This document shows positions 38,460 to 49,534 of a stretch of DNA of 64,000 nt, one piece after another. Position 1 is the stretch's first letter; each line of letters begins with the position of its first letter. This stretch comes from Octopus sinensis (Eukaryota): the NCBI RefSeq assembly GCF_006345805.1, contig NC_043012.1, forward strand, positions 9,052,001 through 9,116,000, in the 5' to 3' direction. Both the position numbers and the translations under genes were made by a program. The notes beneath the pieces were generated by a model. It was not told where the DNA came from. It saw nothing but the letters and a program-made list of their open reading frames with translations, and did no database searches.

Positions 38460-39910
38460 GAAAGTTTTACAGAGTTTTACAGTTCCAGTGATGGATTAAA
38501 TCTGTATCCTTCGAATTAGCTTTCCCCTTACTGGTTTTGAAAAGCTTAATTTCTCGAGATTGGTATTTAGGCAGTGTGTTACATATCCCAGGGCCCCAAT
38601 AATTACACGTATAAACCTGAACTTGTAATCTGGATAGAGTAACTGCAGATTTCTCAATAGTTCGGCGTAGGTTTTCCCTTTTTCACACATCTACAGCTTT
38701 ATCTTAACATCTGCTGGGCAGCTAACTTCTACAACCGTGCATAGTTTCTCTTCTCTATCCCAACTCATTGTATCAGGCCTGTTGTGCTTGCATTTTGTTG
38801 AGGTTTTCACTGGTGCATTCCACCAGTATTCTTTTTTTATTATGATGGCTATGGCTTCTACCATATTGTGGGTTCTTATATATTTGTCCTCGGGATTATC
38901 TTTCCTACAGATTTCATTATAGAATGTCCTAGCTACAACGTCATGCCTCATTGGTAGATAATACCGGGATCACATTTTGGACACCTGCTTATGATCTTCA
39001 GTGTGGGCTCCACAAAGTCTGCATCGGTTGTCACATTTTACTGCTTTTCCTGCATCTCTATCCCTTTTGTGCATCAGGTATTTGGTTGATATTTCCTGTT
39101 CTCAGATTGCAAACGCATACCCTTCAAAGTTGGACGTAATAGTCCGACTATTGGTCCATGATAAACTGCTATATGGCTCAGAAACCTGGACGTTATCAAA
39201 GAAGCTTGAGAGGCGGTTGGATGGAACCTATACTCGCCTCCTTATGAGAGCTCAAAATCTCTCGTGGAGGCGTCATCCAACCAAAATGCAAATATATGGG
39301 AAACTACCACCTGTGCCATCTCTTGTGAAAAATAGAAGAGTCCAGTTTGCTGGACATTGTTGTAGAGCTGAAACGAGGCAATTTCTACTCTCCTACTCTG
39401 GAAGCCATCTACTCGCAATACCAGAGGGCACACACTCTCCTACTCTGATGTAATCTCCAGGGATACAGGCTTCCAGCAACAGGACCTCCGTAATGCTATG
39501 ATGGACCGTGAAGTCTGGTGTAGCATGGTAAATTCCATTGTCTCGACCACGGTCGAACAATGATGATGATGCTTTGATGATCGATGTTACTATCACCTCC
39601 GAGCTTTCTACTAACATATCCATGCATATTCTTCTACACATATAGGCTCATCCTTTCATCTGATGATACGTTGCGGTATAGTCATGCGACTTCCTTAGGT
39701 ACGTATTCTAGGTTATCAAATAAAGTGTTGTTCAAGGCGCTGCCTTCCAAGTCTTATCATGTTATCAGCCTCATGTGTGCGAACTTGGTCAAGGATTGAA
39801 CTTCGGCACTTGGGGGTTAAAAGATGTTGCCGAAGGCATATGATATGACATTCAAAGGCATTCTGGATCAACGCTAAGCCTCTGCTGCCTTGTTTTCATT
39901 TTATGTAGTG
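38460..39910 (-). mobile_element. R4/Dong-type LINE (same family as 20620-21900), split by an RTE insertion
   Basis: RHDVVART...KEYWWNAPV...RPD...VVEVSCP...YAELLRNLQLLYP...VIIGALG; the host sequence resumes at 39574. Confidence 0.9.
39171..39569 (+). mobile_element. 5'-truncated RTE-clade LINE with (TGA)n tail
   Basis: LLYGSETWTLSKKLERRLDGTYTRLLMRAQNLSW...RRVQFAGHCCR; TGCT repeated at 39167-39170 and 39570-39573. Confidence 0.92.
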
Positions 39911-40174
39911 GCAGTCAACATCACTGTTTATGTGGAAATTATTTGAACGCTTGGAAGTCGAGCTTATAAGGAGACAGTGGTAGATTCTCTTTCGTCACGT
40001 GTCAGCGATGAGAGAGTCGAGGAGGAGGAGGTGTGAGAGAGAGAGGGAATGGTGAAGAGGAGAGGAGAAGAATAGGGGAAGAGTGGGAGAGAAAGCCAGA
40101 AAGGATGAAGAACAAGAGAGGGAGAGAGATAGACAGAGAAGAGATAGTAAAGATAGAAGATTGCGCATCGTAAT

Positions 40175-40195
40175 TCCTAAGGTATTATTTGCTGA

Positions 40196-40244
<49 letters not shown>

Positions 40245-40364
40245 TATTATTATTATTATTTATTTTTATTATTATTAATCATTATTATTATATTATTATT
40301 ATTATTATTATTATCATCATTATTATTATTATTATCATTATTATTATTATTATCATTATTATCA

Positions 40365-40405
<41 letters not shown>

Positions 40406-40478
40406 GTTGTTGTTATTATTATTATATTACTATTATTATTATTATTATATTATTATTATTATTATTATTTTATTATTA

Positions 40479-40527
<49 letters not shown>

Positions 40528-40547
40528 CATCATTATTATTATTATTA

Positions 40548-40587
<40 letters not shown>

Positions 40588-40589
40588 CA

Positions 40590-40630
<41 letters not shown>

Positions 40631-40722
40631 TATTATTGTTGTTGTTGTTGTTATTGTTGTTGTTATTATTATTATTATTATTATTTATTCAAGGCACTGC
40701 CTGGAACTGAACTAGCGATCTC
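40175..40722 (-). mobile_element. Family E unit, inverted partial copy with about 490 bp of (AAT)n
   Basis: Minus strand: AGATCGCTAGTTCAGTTCCAGGCAGTG, (AAT)n, AATACCTTAGGAAT. Confidence 0.8.
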
Positions 40723-40838
40723 CGGGTTAAGAGCACGGGCTACTAACCTCAAGATTGCGAGTTCAATTCCAAGCAGTGTCTTCAATAAATACTACTACTA
40801 CTACTACTACTACTACACTACTACTACTACTACTACTG

Positions 40839-40878
<40 letters not shown>

Positions 40879-41058
40879 ACTACTACTACTACTACTAATA
40901 ATAATAATAATAATAATAACATTAGCAGAAAAATACCTTAGGAATGAAGACCCAGGGTTGAGTTCAAAATTCTACCAGGCTGGAGAGTAAATCAGTCGAA
41001 GCATTTTGGTAACAAACGGGATGAGGACACATATCCGTCCAATGTAAATAATGTAAAT
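40723..41058 (+). mobile_element. Family E unit (tRNA-like head, (ACT)n(AAT)n, PLE-type tail)
   Basis: GGTTAAGAGCACGGGCTACTAAC...GAGTTCAATTCC; AAAAATACCTTAGGAATGA...AGGCTGG...CAGTCGAAG...TGTAAATAATGTAAAT, homologous to the minus strand of 47180-47335. Confidence 0.85.
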
Positions 41059-41090
41059 GAGCGAGTGAGAGAGAAAGGGAAAGAAAGAGG

Positions 41091-41162
<72 letters not shown>

Positions 41163-42159
41163 GTGTCAATACTTGGCTGGTACCGATTTACAGGTAAGTA
41201 GACTGGGAAACGTAAAATGAACCACCTTACGCAAGTAGACAACGTGTTGTCCATCAAATTCACGAGAATATGGTCATGAGCCCACCACTTTAACCACTAG
41301 CTTACGTGCTTATTACTTAGCCAGTATTTTTTATTTTTCAGAATATGAAGTTGCAGAGCGAAATAAACATTCCTGATGAGCGGGCAACGACCTGGCGAAA
41401 ACATTAATTTTTAAAAGAAGTTTGTTGTGTAGAGGGAGTCTCTTAGCTTAGCCACGCGGTCTGTTATGCATGTACACCTGTAAACTAATTTTTAATTAAC
41501 CACGCACGCTGTCTCTGTACTGAAACCTATGAAAGAATTCAATAGGAGTGGGGGGGGGGCAATAATATTTCGACTGCAACAGCCGGCTTGGAATATAAAA
41601 TACCCTCAACTTCCAATGATGATTACCATATTTTTGTTATAGAAACGCTATAATAATTTAAAGTCACGTTATTAAATGGAAGAAGAAGAAAGCGTCTCAG
41701 TTATTTTTCCCGATGTCTGGATGACTCGAAACTAGAAGACGAAAAAAGAATCAAAATGTGACAGGAAAAAAAACAAAAAAAACATCATCTAAACTTTCGA
41801 TTAACTTCAGGCTTCATGTTACACGAAAATTAATTTTCAGAAAAAATCTCATAATATTACGGAATAGAAAACTCATGAAATAAAATTAAGTCTAGAAAAG
41901 GAAAAAAGAAAAAAAAAAAGGTGTATGCAATTACGCAAGAAAATGAAAAGGAAATAAAAATGGAGAAAGGTTAAGGAAATTTGGAATGCGATTGCTTATT
42001 GAAGACAGGAGTTCTTCCAGCATTTCTTGTTACATATCAGGAAATAGCACACGCATGCGCCCCCTACACACATGTATGCACATCTACACACATTTCCTCT
42101 CAATGCCCCATATATGAACGAAAGGGCATACGAAGTAACAGACAGACATATGTGTCTCT

Positions 42160-42183
42160 CTATCTATCTATCTATCTATCTAT

Positions 42184-42233
<50 letters not shown>

Positions 42234-42234
42234 G

Positions 42235-42267
<33 letters not shown>

Positions 42268-42294
42268 CATATCTATCCAGCTATCCATCCATCC

Positions 42295-42373
<79 letters not shown>

Positions 42374-42374
42374 A

Positions 42375-42443
<69 letters not shown>

Positions 42444-42445
42444 CA
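42160..42445. repeat. (TATC)n microsatellite
   Basis: Seen directly. Confidence 0.97.
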
Positions 42446-42453
42446 TACACACA

Positions 42454-42652
42454 CAGTAATCACTATCGCGAGTGTTACGTTCCAAAATCTCTGCAATAGG
42501 TGAAAATCCGCAAAGTAGAAACAGTACTGTATATATTTTTTTAATTATTTTCATAATTTGTATATATTTATTTAATCATAAATGCAAGACAACGCCGCCA
42601 TGGGGGAATCGACTTAAGCTTAAATAATAAACTGCGATAGGTGAACCACGAT
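42454..42652 (+). mobile_element. Tigger/pogo-type MITE lacking its right TIR
   Basis: CAGTAATC...ATCGCGAGTGTTACGTTCC...GAAAATCCGC start is typical of TcMar-Tigger MITEs. Confidence 0.7.
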
Positions 42653-42679
42653 ATATATATATATATATTCTAACAAAAA

Positions 42680-42712
42680 CTGTCTGATGAACGGCAACGA
42701 GAAACTCAGAGT
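42680..42712 (+). ncRNA. Candidate ultra-minimal hammerhead motif in a PLE-like terminal fragment
   Basis: CTGATGA (42684-42690), CG-GCAA-CG, GAAACTC; partial stem I ACTGT/AGAGT. Confidence 0.35.
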
Positions 42713-42768
42713 AACAGATTTTGTTGAATTTTCTGCTGCTTTAAATAAAGTATATATATATATATATG

Positions 42769-42967
42769 CAGTAATCCCTCGCCACATCGTGGTTCACCTA
42801 TCGCAGTTTATTATTTAAGCTTAAGTCGATTCCCCCATGGCGGCGTTGTCTTGCATTTATGATTAAATAAATATATACAAATTATGAAAATAATAAAAAA
42901 AATATATACAGTACTGTTTCTACTTTGCGGATTTTCACCTATTGCAGAGATTTTGGAACGTAACACT
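42769..42967 (-). mobile_element. Inverted, near-identical copy of the same MITE, keeping the right TIR and lacking the left
   Basis: TIR CAGTAATCCCTCGC at 42769; 42786-42967 is the reverse complement of 42471-42652. Confidence 0.8.
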
Positions 42968-43261
42968 GCCCATTCACCTTTTCTTTTTTACTAGCTTTCT
43001 TCTCTTCTTTCTTTCCTTCTTCTTCACTTCCATATGATTTTAATTACTCATTTGAAAAGACCGTATACACCACAGAATTTTATGTGTGTGTGTATGTGTG
43101 TATAATTGTAGTAAACTATAAAAATGCTACATACTTCTGGACACATGCAAACACACACACACCATATATGTATATGTACATATACATACATATATATATT
43201 CATATACATATATATATTATACATATATACATGTATATATATATATATATAATATATATAA

Positions 43262-43292
<31 letters not shown>

Positions 43293-43297
43293 ATATA

Positions 43298-43329
<32 letters not shown>

Positions 43330-43755
43330 GTATGTATCTTCGTCTTTTGTTTATTTTCATAAAGCTTCCCGTTATAATATATATATATTATATATATATA
43401 TATTATATATATATATATACTTTGATACTTTGATACTTTGATAGGTTTCGGCCATTATTGGCCCAGGCCATGTCTAACTTAATAGCACCACCTGGTGAAG
43501 TCTTTCAAGTCAGAATTTGGGCACTATGGCCCACTCAAGTAGAGAGTTATTGTTACAGAGACATATCCGGGTGTAGGGGGTTTATCCGGGATTTCTGAAG
43601 GAATCTGTCCAAAGACTTCTTGAACCCTATAGGGTCAGTTTCTGTTTTAATGTGTTTTGGTGTAATGTTAATATATATATATATATATAATATATATATA
43701 TATAATATATACATATATATATATATATATATACATACATATATATATATATATC

Positions 43756-43840
<85 letters not shown>

Positions 43841-43855
43841 ATATGTATGTATATA

Positions 43856-43901
<46 letters not shown>

Positions 43902-43942
43902 GGGAAGCTTTATGAAAATAAACAAAAGACGAAGATACATAC

Positions 43943-43976
<34 letters not shown>

Positions 43977-43993
43977 TTTATATATACATATAT

Positions 43994-44081
<88 letters not shown>

Positions 44082-44349
44082 ATATGTATAATATATATGT
44101 ATGTATATGAATATATATATGTATGTATGTTACATATGCATATATGTGTGTGTGTGTTTGCATGTGTCCAGAAGTATATAGCATTTTTATGGTTTACTAC
44201 AATTATATACACATACACACACACACACATAAAATTCTGTGGTCTATACGGTCTTTTCAAATGAGTAATTAAAATTCATATGGAAGTGACGAAGAAGGAA
44301 AGAAAGAAGAGAAGAAAACGAGTAAAAAAGAAAAGGTGAATGGGCAGTG
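42964..44349. repeat. Inverted duplication, arms 42964-43372 and 43900-44349
   Basis: Unique parts align in reverse complement with a few substitutions; internal TA tracts differ in length. Confidence 0.92.
43417..43665 (-). mobile_element. CR1-group LINE extreme 3' end with (CAAAGTAT)3 tail
   Basis: With frameshifts: GFKKSLDRFLQ-IPDKPPTPGYVS-NNNSLLEW; then a stem-loop UTR and tandem 8-mer tail. Confidence 0.8.
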
Positions 44350-44542
44350 GTAAACAAGGTAGAAGGCAGAAAAATTGAAGAAGAAAGAAGAAGAAGAAGA
44401 AGAAGAAGAAGAAGAAGAAGAAGAAGAAGAAGAAGAAGAAGAAGAAGAAATGTAGAAATGATGGTTTTGATGTTGTGGAGATGTTGGAAAGTGTCCAAGA
44501 ATGATATTCTGGTTTAAAATGATGTTTTCTCAAATATACATA

Positions 44543-44578
44543 GGCGCAGGAGTGGCTGTGTGGTAAGTAGCTTGCTTC
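44543..44578 (+). mobile_element. Family A SINE head fragment
   Basis: AGGCGCAGGAGTGGCTGTGTGGTAAGTAGCTTGCTT. Confidence 0.8.
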
Positions 44579-44699
44579 CGGTCCCTTTGTTAGACGCCTT
44601 TTTGTTTGTCGGTGAGTCGGATGTTTTGTTAAAGCTTTGATTGGTTTTTGTTGGATTTATTATTCTCTTTACTTGTTTCAGTCATTTGACTGAGTACCG

Positions 44700-46284
44700 T
44701 TGTTGAACATTGTTAAATTGTTGAACTTTGAACATTCTTTGTGCTGTTTCCCGGTGCTAGGAGACAGGAATTGTTTGCGTGAAACCATTTTGGCAGTTGT
44801 TATTTGTTGTATGTTGTCGGGACAACATACAATAGTAGGGGTGGATTTGAACTCTTGTCCTCATCATGAGGAAAAAAAAAAAACATATAGATTTCCCTTT
44901 TTGGGAATTTCTAATTTATTTATTTTTGTGCGTAGAATTAATTTCGACCGAGTATGTCGGTCGAAATAATTCACGAAAAATGTCCGCTGGATGAGCCAGT
45001 AAAGAAATGTTCGGCAGTTACCGCGGAAATGCTCTCCGAGCTTTTTGAAAGAATGAAGGAGGAGGGTGGGGTATAAAGATATCACCCTCCTCCAGCGTTG
45101 AAGAATTGAGAAGGCGGACAGTTGTTTTCAAAACGTACTGTCCGTCAGCAAGAAGATTCAAACGCTTCGAACAGTGTAAAATTGAAAAGGCCCTCATATG
45201 TAAAGACGTAAAGTACATAGCGAGGGGCTGGACATATGGCGCAGTAGAGGCCAGATTTGGAACCGAGGAAAAACCCAAGAGTACTCGGCGAGCTCCCTGA
45301 AAACTAAGGAGGTGGTGCCTCTGCCAACCTATATGGGGAGACGAACTGCCCGCATAAAGGTGGAAGAGGTACAACCCGAAATAGAGGCAAGGAAGGTAAT
45401 GGCCGTCCTGTTGTATAACAAGACGGACAAAATAAAATTCCTTCAAATTACATGCACTGCTCCCACCCCAATTGGCTCGGGCAGAGCAATTCAGCTATTA
45501 TCCAGGGGGCTCAGGAATACATCAAAATGCTTCCAGACACAGTGCTCTTGAGTGAGGACATTGATCTCAAAATCCATGGCGAAGGGAAGAAGACGACGCG
45601 TTGCGAATGTGTCAAAAAGGGCCACATTCGTGTAGACTGCGAAAATTGGCAGAAAAAAGTGGAGCAAACACCAGGCCCTTCGAAAGCTCAAAAAACCCCA
45701 ACCTGCACACACATTAGCCACAACAGAAACAAAAATTCCCACTCCCCTATTTGTGGTGCCCGCCCCCAAACACGATACATGTACACACTGGTCCCGACAA
45801 CATCAAATACACCCCCACCTCTAAAGTGGCACCAGAACGTGTAACTCCCCCGGATGACACCATGGAGGTAGTCGAGGGGGAGTTCACAGTAGTTCGGAAA
45901 CGAACTCATGCACCTTCCCCATCCACATCCTCAAAAAAGAAAATAAGCTCACCACAAATAACAAAAAAGACTTCGCTCCATTGCCCCAGGAAAAGGAAAA
46001 AAATGACATGGAAACAAAAATTTTGGTGAAATATAATATAAAGGACCAATACGCTGAAAATATAATTAAAAACCACCATACTACCAAGCTGTTCCCACAA
46101 CATAGGGACCTGAACGAGAGGTGTGCCTGGATAGGGTAAACCCTATACAGGCAACTGAAGGAGAGGCATCCAAAGACCATTAGGAGGATCTTGGACCTGC
46201 TTAGTTACTTGAAGAAGGAGGAGAAGGAAGTGGCTGCCTCACATGTTGTGAGGTCAGCCCCAACATCATCAGTTAAGGGTAAAT
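44700..46284 (+). mobile_element. Tx1/L1-type LINE 5' UTR and frameshifted ORF1 with gag-like CCHC knuckle
   Basis: EELRRRTVVFKTY...PTYMGRRTARIKV...RCECVKKGHIRVDC followed by a P/T/K-rich linker. Clade assignment is inference. Confidence 0.7.
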
Positions 46285-46512
46285 CGGTGAGCTGGCAGAA
46301 ACGTTAGCACGCCGGACGAAATGCTTAGCGGTATTTCGTCTGTCGTTACATTTTGAGTTTAAATTCTGCCGAGGTCAACTTTGCCGTTCATCCTTTCGGG
46401 GTCCATAAATTAAGTACCACTTATGCACTGCGGTCGATGTAATCGACTTAATCCCTTTGTCTGTTCTTGTTTGTCCCCTCTATGTTTGTCCCCTTGTGGG
46501 CAATAAAGAAAT
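46285..46512 (+). mobile_element. Young family B SINE with 23-bp TSD
   Basis: AACATCATCAGTTAAGGGTAAAT at 46262-46284 and 46513-46535. Confidence 0.95.
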
Positions 46513-46540
46513 AACATCATCAGTTAAGGGTAAATAGAAC

Positions 46541-47140
46541 CCTTGCATTTTCTAGGCATTAGATGTTTCACTGTCGCATATTACCCAAATTTTAATTCCA
46601 TATTTCCCTGGTTTTGAAGGAATATATACCCAGAATGGGCAGCGCCCTTTGATTGAAACTAATTGTTCATTAACTGTCATGCATGAACTTGGAACATATC
46701 CATCTTGTAAATTCTGATTCCACATTTCAAATACTTCTCTTATGGGCTCCGATTTATCATCACTTCTCTTTTTTCTTCTTGCACTAGCATCATCAAAATG
46801 CAATACTTGTAAAATATGTTGAAATCTTCCCCGGCTCATGATTTTGTTGAATACTGGGCGGCCATTTTTCTGACTCCATAACTGTGTGACATTTTCATGT
46901 TTAGATTTATAAACACCTATAAGAATAATCAATCCAATAAATTTCTTTAGTTCAATGTGATCAATTTTTCCCCATTTATCTTAGTAAACAACTTGACCTT
47001 CAAAATTTTCCCATTTACGGATTACATCAAGAAGATTCAGACGCATAAAGATAGTAAAACATATTTCAATGCTATCGCAATACCTAAAACCAAAACGGGA
47101 TGATTCACATTCTTGGCGCACAATATTGCAAGATTAAGTT
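46541..47140 (-). mobile_element. piggyBac transposase remnant (PGBD4-like)
   Basis: ELKKFIGLIILIGVYKSKHE...LW...IMSRGRFQHILQVLHFDD...TVNEQLVSIKGRCPF..YIPSKPGKYGIKIW. Confidence 0.92.
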
Positions 47141-47179
47141 CTTACTGCTGCTTGAGTAAGAGGATTAGAATGCCAAACT

Positions 47180-48233
47180 TCTTACATTATTTACATTATT
47201 TACACTCGACAGATGTTTGCCCTCATCTTGTTTGTTGTTAACACACCGTTTCGGCTGATATACCCCCCAGCCTTCTTCAGATGTCTTGGGAAAATTTCGA
47301 ACCTGAATTCTCATTCCTAAGGTATTTTTCGATATTATTATTACTGTTGTTGTTGTTGTTAACCACTACGCCATATGTCCGTGGGCAATTATGGAGTGTA
47401 TTTTAGAGCTTATAATTCTAATATTTTTCTATCCTTCCTTAATATCGGTTACTATATGCTGCTCATATCTGCACTCAGTCTGCTTAGGAGGTTATTGTGT
47501 CCTAGCATATGTGCTGCTTCTTTTAGTTTTCATATTTTCCACTGGTGTTCGCTGTCTATTATTTTAGCTTCATCTCACAGGGAGAGGTGGTCTCCATTTT
47601 TCCATACATGATGAGCTATACCTGATTTATCAATATCTCCTCGTGTCATAGCTTTGCGATGTTCGTCTACCCTTATTTTGAGGGGGTAGCATGTTTCGCC
47701 TTTGTATAACCTACCACAGCTGCATGGGATGGAGTACACGCAGTCTTTGGTCATATTCTCTTCTATTGGTGGTTTTACTCGGAGATATTTGTGAAGTGTT
47801 GTATTACTCTTGAATACTGTCCCTATGTCATATGGGCTGCATATCCTTTGTATCTTTTCGGAGAGGCCTTTCACATAGGGTAGACAGACCGTGGACAGTT
47901 TATTGGCCCCATCCTCTCTCTTCTTCATAATTGGAGTAGATAGTATACTTTTGGGGTAGTTGTTGCTTAACAGATCATTATTGAGCTTAATCATTTCTTC
48001 GTGGTGTGTATCACGATCGCTACTTATATTCTTTGCACGATGTTTTAGGCACTGAGCAATCCCTTTCTTTACACTGTATGTATGGTGGGAATTGAAGTTG
48101 ACGTATCGTCCAGTAAAGGTCGGCTTGTGGTATACGGATGTCCTGAATCCATACTTGGTGCGTGTCATTAATACAGTGCCTAAAACATCGTGCAAAGAAT
48201 ATAAGTAGCGATTGTGATACACACCACGAAGAA
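47180..48233 (-). mobile_element. Penelope-like element (RT thumb plus GIY-YIG, Poseidon-like) with family E 3' region and an inverted 5' 60-mer
   Basis: ORF 47575-48222: VYHKPTFTGRYVNFNSHH...LPYVKGLSEKI...VYSIPCSCGRLYKGET..LKIRVDEHRK...SGIAHHVW. Confidence 0.93.
47241..47288 (-). ncRNA. Minimal type I hammerhead ribozyme motif (U16.1 apparently mutated)
   Basis: GACAT-CTGAAGA-A-GGCTG-GGGGGTATAT-CAGCC-GAAAC-GGT-GTGTT: intact core and 5-bp stem II, stem I GACAT/GTGTT; GGT instead of GUH. Confidence 0.7.
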
Positions 48234-48985
48234 GGAATTTACGTGTATTCTATACCGTATTTTGAAGTCTTTGGTACTTCCTATATATACCCTAGTTTGC
48301 TGTTTTTCATTTGTCACTGTACATTTATATATTACACTTTTGCGTAGATATAGACCGACAAGCGGACATAATTCAGGGTTCCTACAATTACATACTTTTG
48401 GCTTCCTATCTATACTTTTAATTTTATAAATGTTATTTGGAGTTGTGTTAGGTATACTATGATCTGGGCTTTTATTAAGTTGAAGTTGAATTTTATTTCT
48501 GCTTGTAGGTGCAATAATTGAACCCAAATTCGGCGTGGTAGAGTAAGATAATTTTATAGTATTTTTGTTAAATATAGGGTAGCATTTGTGTTGCTTGGGG
48601 AAATTTAGTTTAAGAATTTTGAAGAACTGTTTTGGTAGATTTTTAACTCTTAGCAAAAAAGGAGGGCAAACCATATACTTTGTCTTTTCCTAGATTTAGA
48701 GTGAGCTACCCCATCTGGATGTTTGGGCATAGAGGGAGCATGCTTATTAACATTTTTAGTATTGGGATTATAAAATTTAATAGGGTTAATGACAGGTCTT
48801 CTTATAGGTTTATAATTTAATGAGGGGGTTATTTTAATCATATAAAAGTTACTATGAGGTGTTAAATTAGCTAATTTAGTTTTGAGTTTGGTGTCAGGGA
48901 TGTAGAAAATACGAATTTTTAAAAGAAATGTCTTTCTATATTTCATTATTTTTATCTATATTTTTATCTATACTCTATTATGTTC

Positions 48986-49016
<31 letters not shown>

Positions 49017-49400
49017 TGTCCATGCATTGGTCAATCATCGATGAGGCCCCACCATACAATACTATTACCGGCGATGTCGACTGTGTATAAAATAATCGTG
49101 CATGATCCTTCGCATTTTTAATTCCACTGTTTTCAATAAATTTTCTGAACCTATTCATTCGTGTAACCATATTTATTTGTCCATGCATATTTTTAGCATT
49201 CATATATATATTTTATATTTCTATATCTTTATATTCCGAATGTATTAATATATGTTTTAGATTGGACAACTCTATCATAATTAAATCCGTATATCTGTGT
49301 TTCAATCGTAGTCTGCCTAATTTGATTATCTTCTATGTATCTTTTATACTTGTCTAGCGTCTCGGGTCTGACTCGAGCACATCCATGCTTTCTATACTTT
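48234..49400 (-). mobile_element. Second Penelope-like element (Naiad/Neptune-like), decayed
   Basis: YKRYIED (RT), WF...NFPKQH...IFNKNTIKLSYSTTPNLGSII, CNCRNPELCPL, VIYKCTV...VYIGSTKDFKIRYRIH. Confidence 0.85.
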
Positions 49401-49534
49401 CCAAAAGAATATATATATATATATATACACATACACACAAACACACATGCACATACTCACACACGCGCACACTCACACATACACACACACACACACACGC
49501 ATATATATATATATATATTCATTTATTCTTTAAT

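Noticed and set aside
41373-41410. CTGATGA...GGCGAAA
   Set aside because: Stem II is imperfect, and no stem I or NUH site can be built.
43445-43475. GGCCA-ATAA-TGGCC-GAAAC as a hammerhead
   Set aside because: No CUGANGA core; better explained as the CR1-group 3' stem-loop.
46524-46545. TTAAGGG as a piggyBac terminus
   Set aside because: Wrong polarity (ends should read TTAA-CCC or GGG-TTAA), and it lies inside the SINE TSD.
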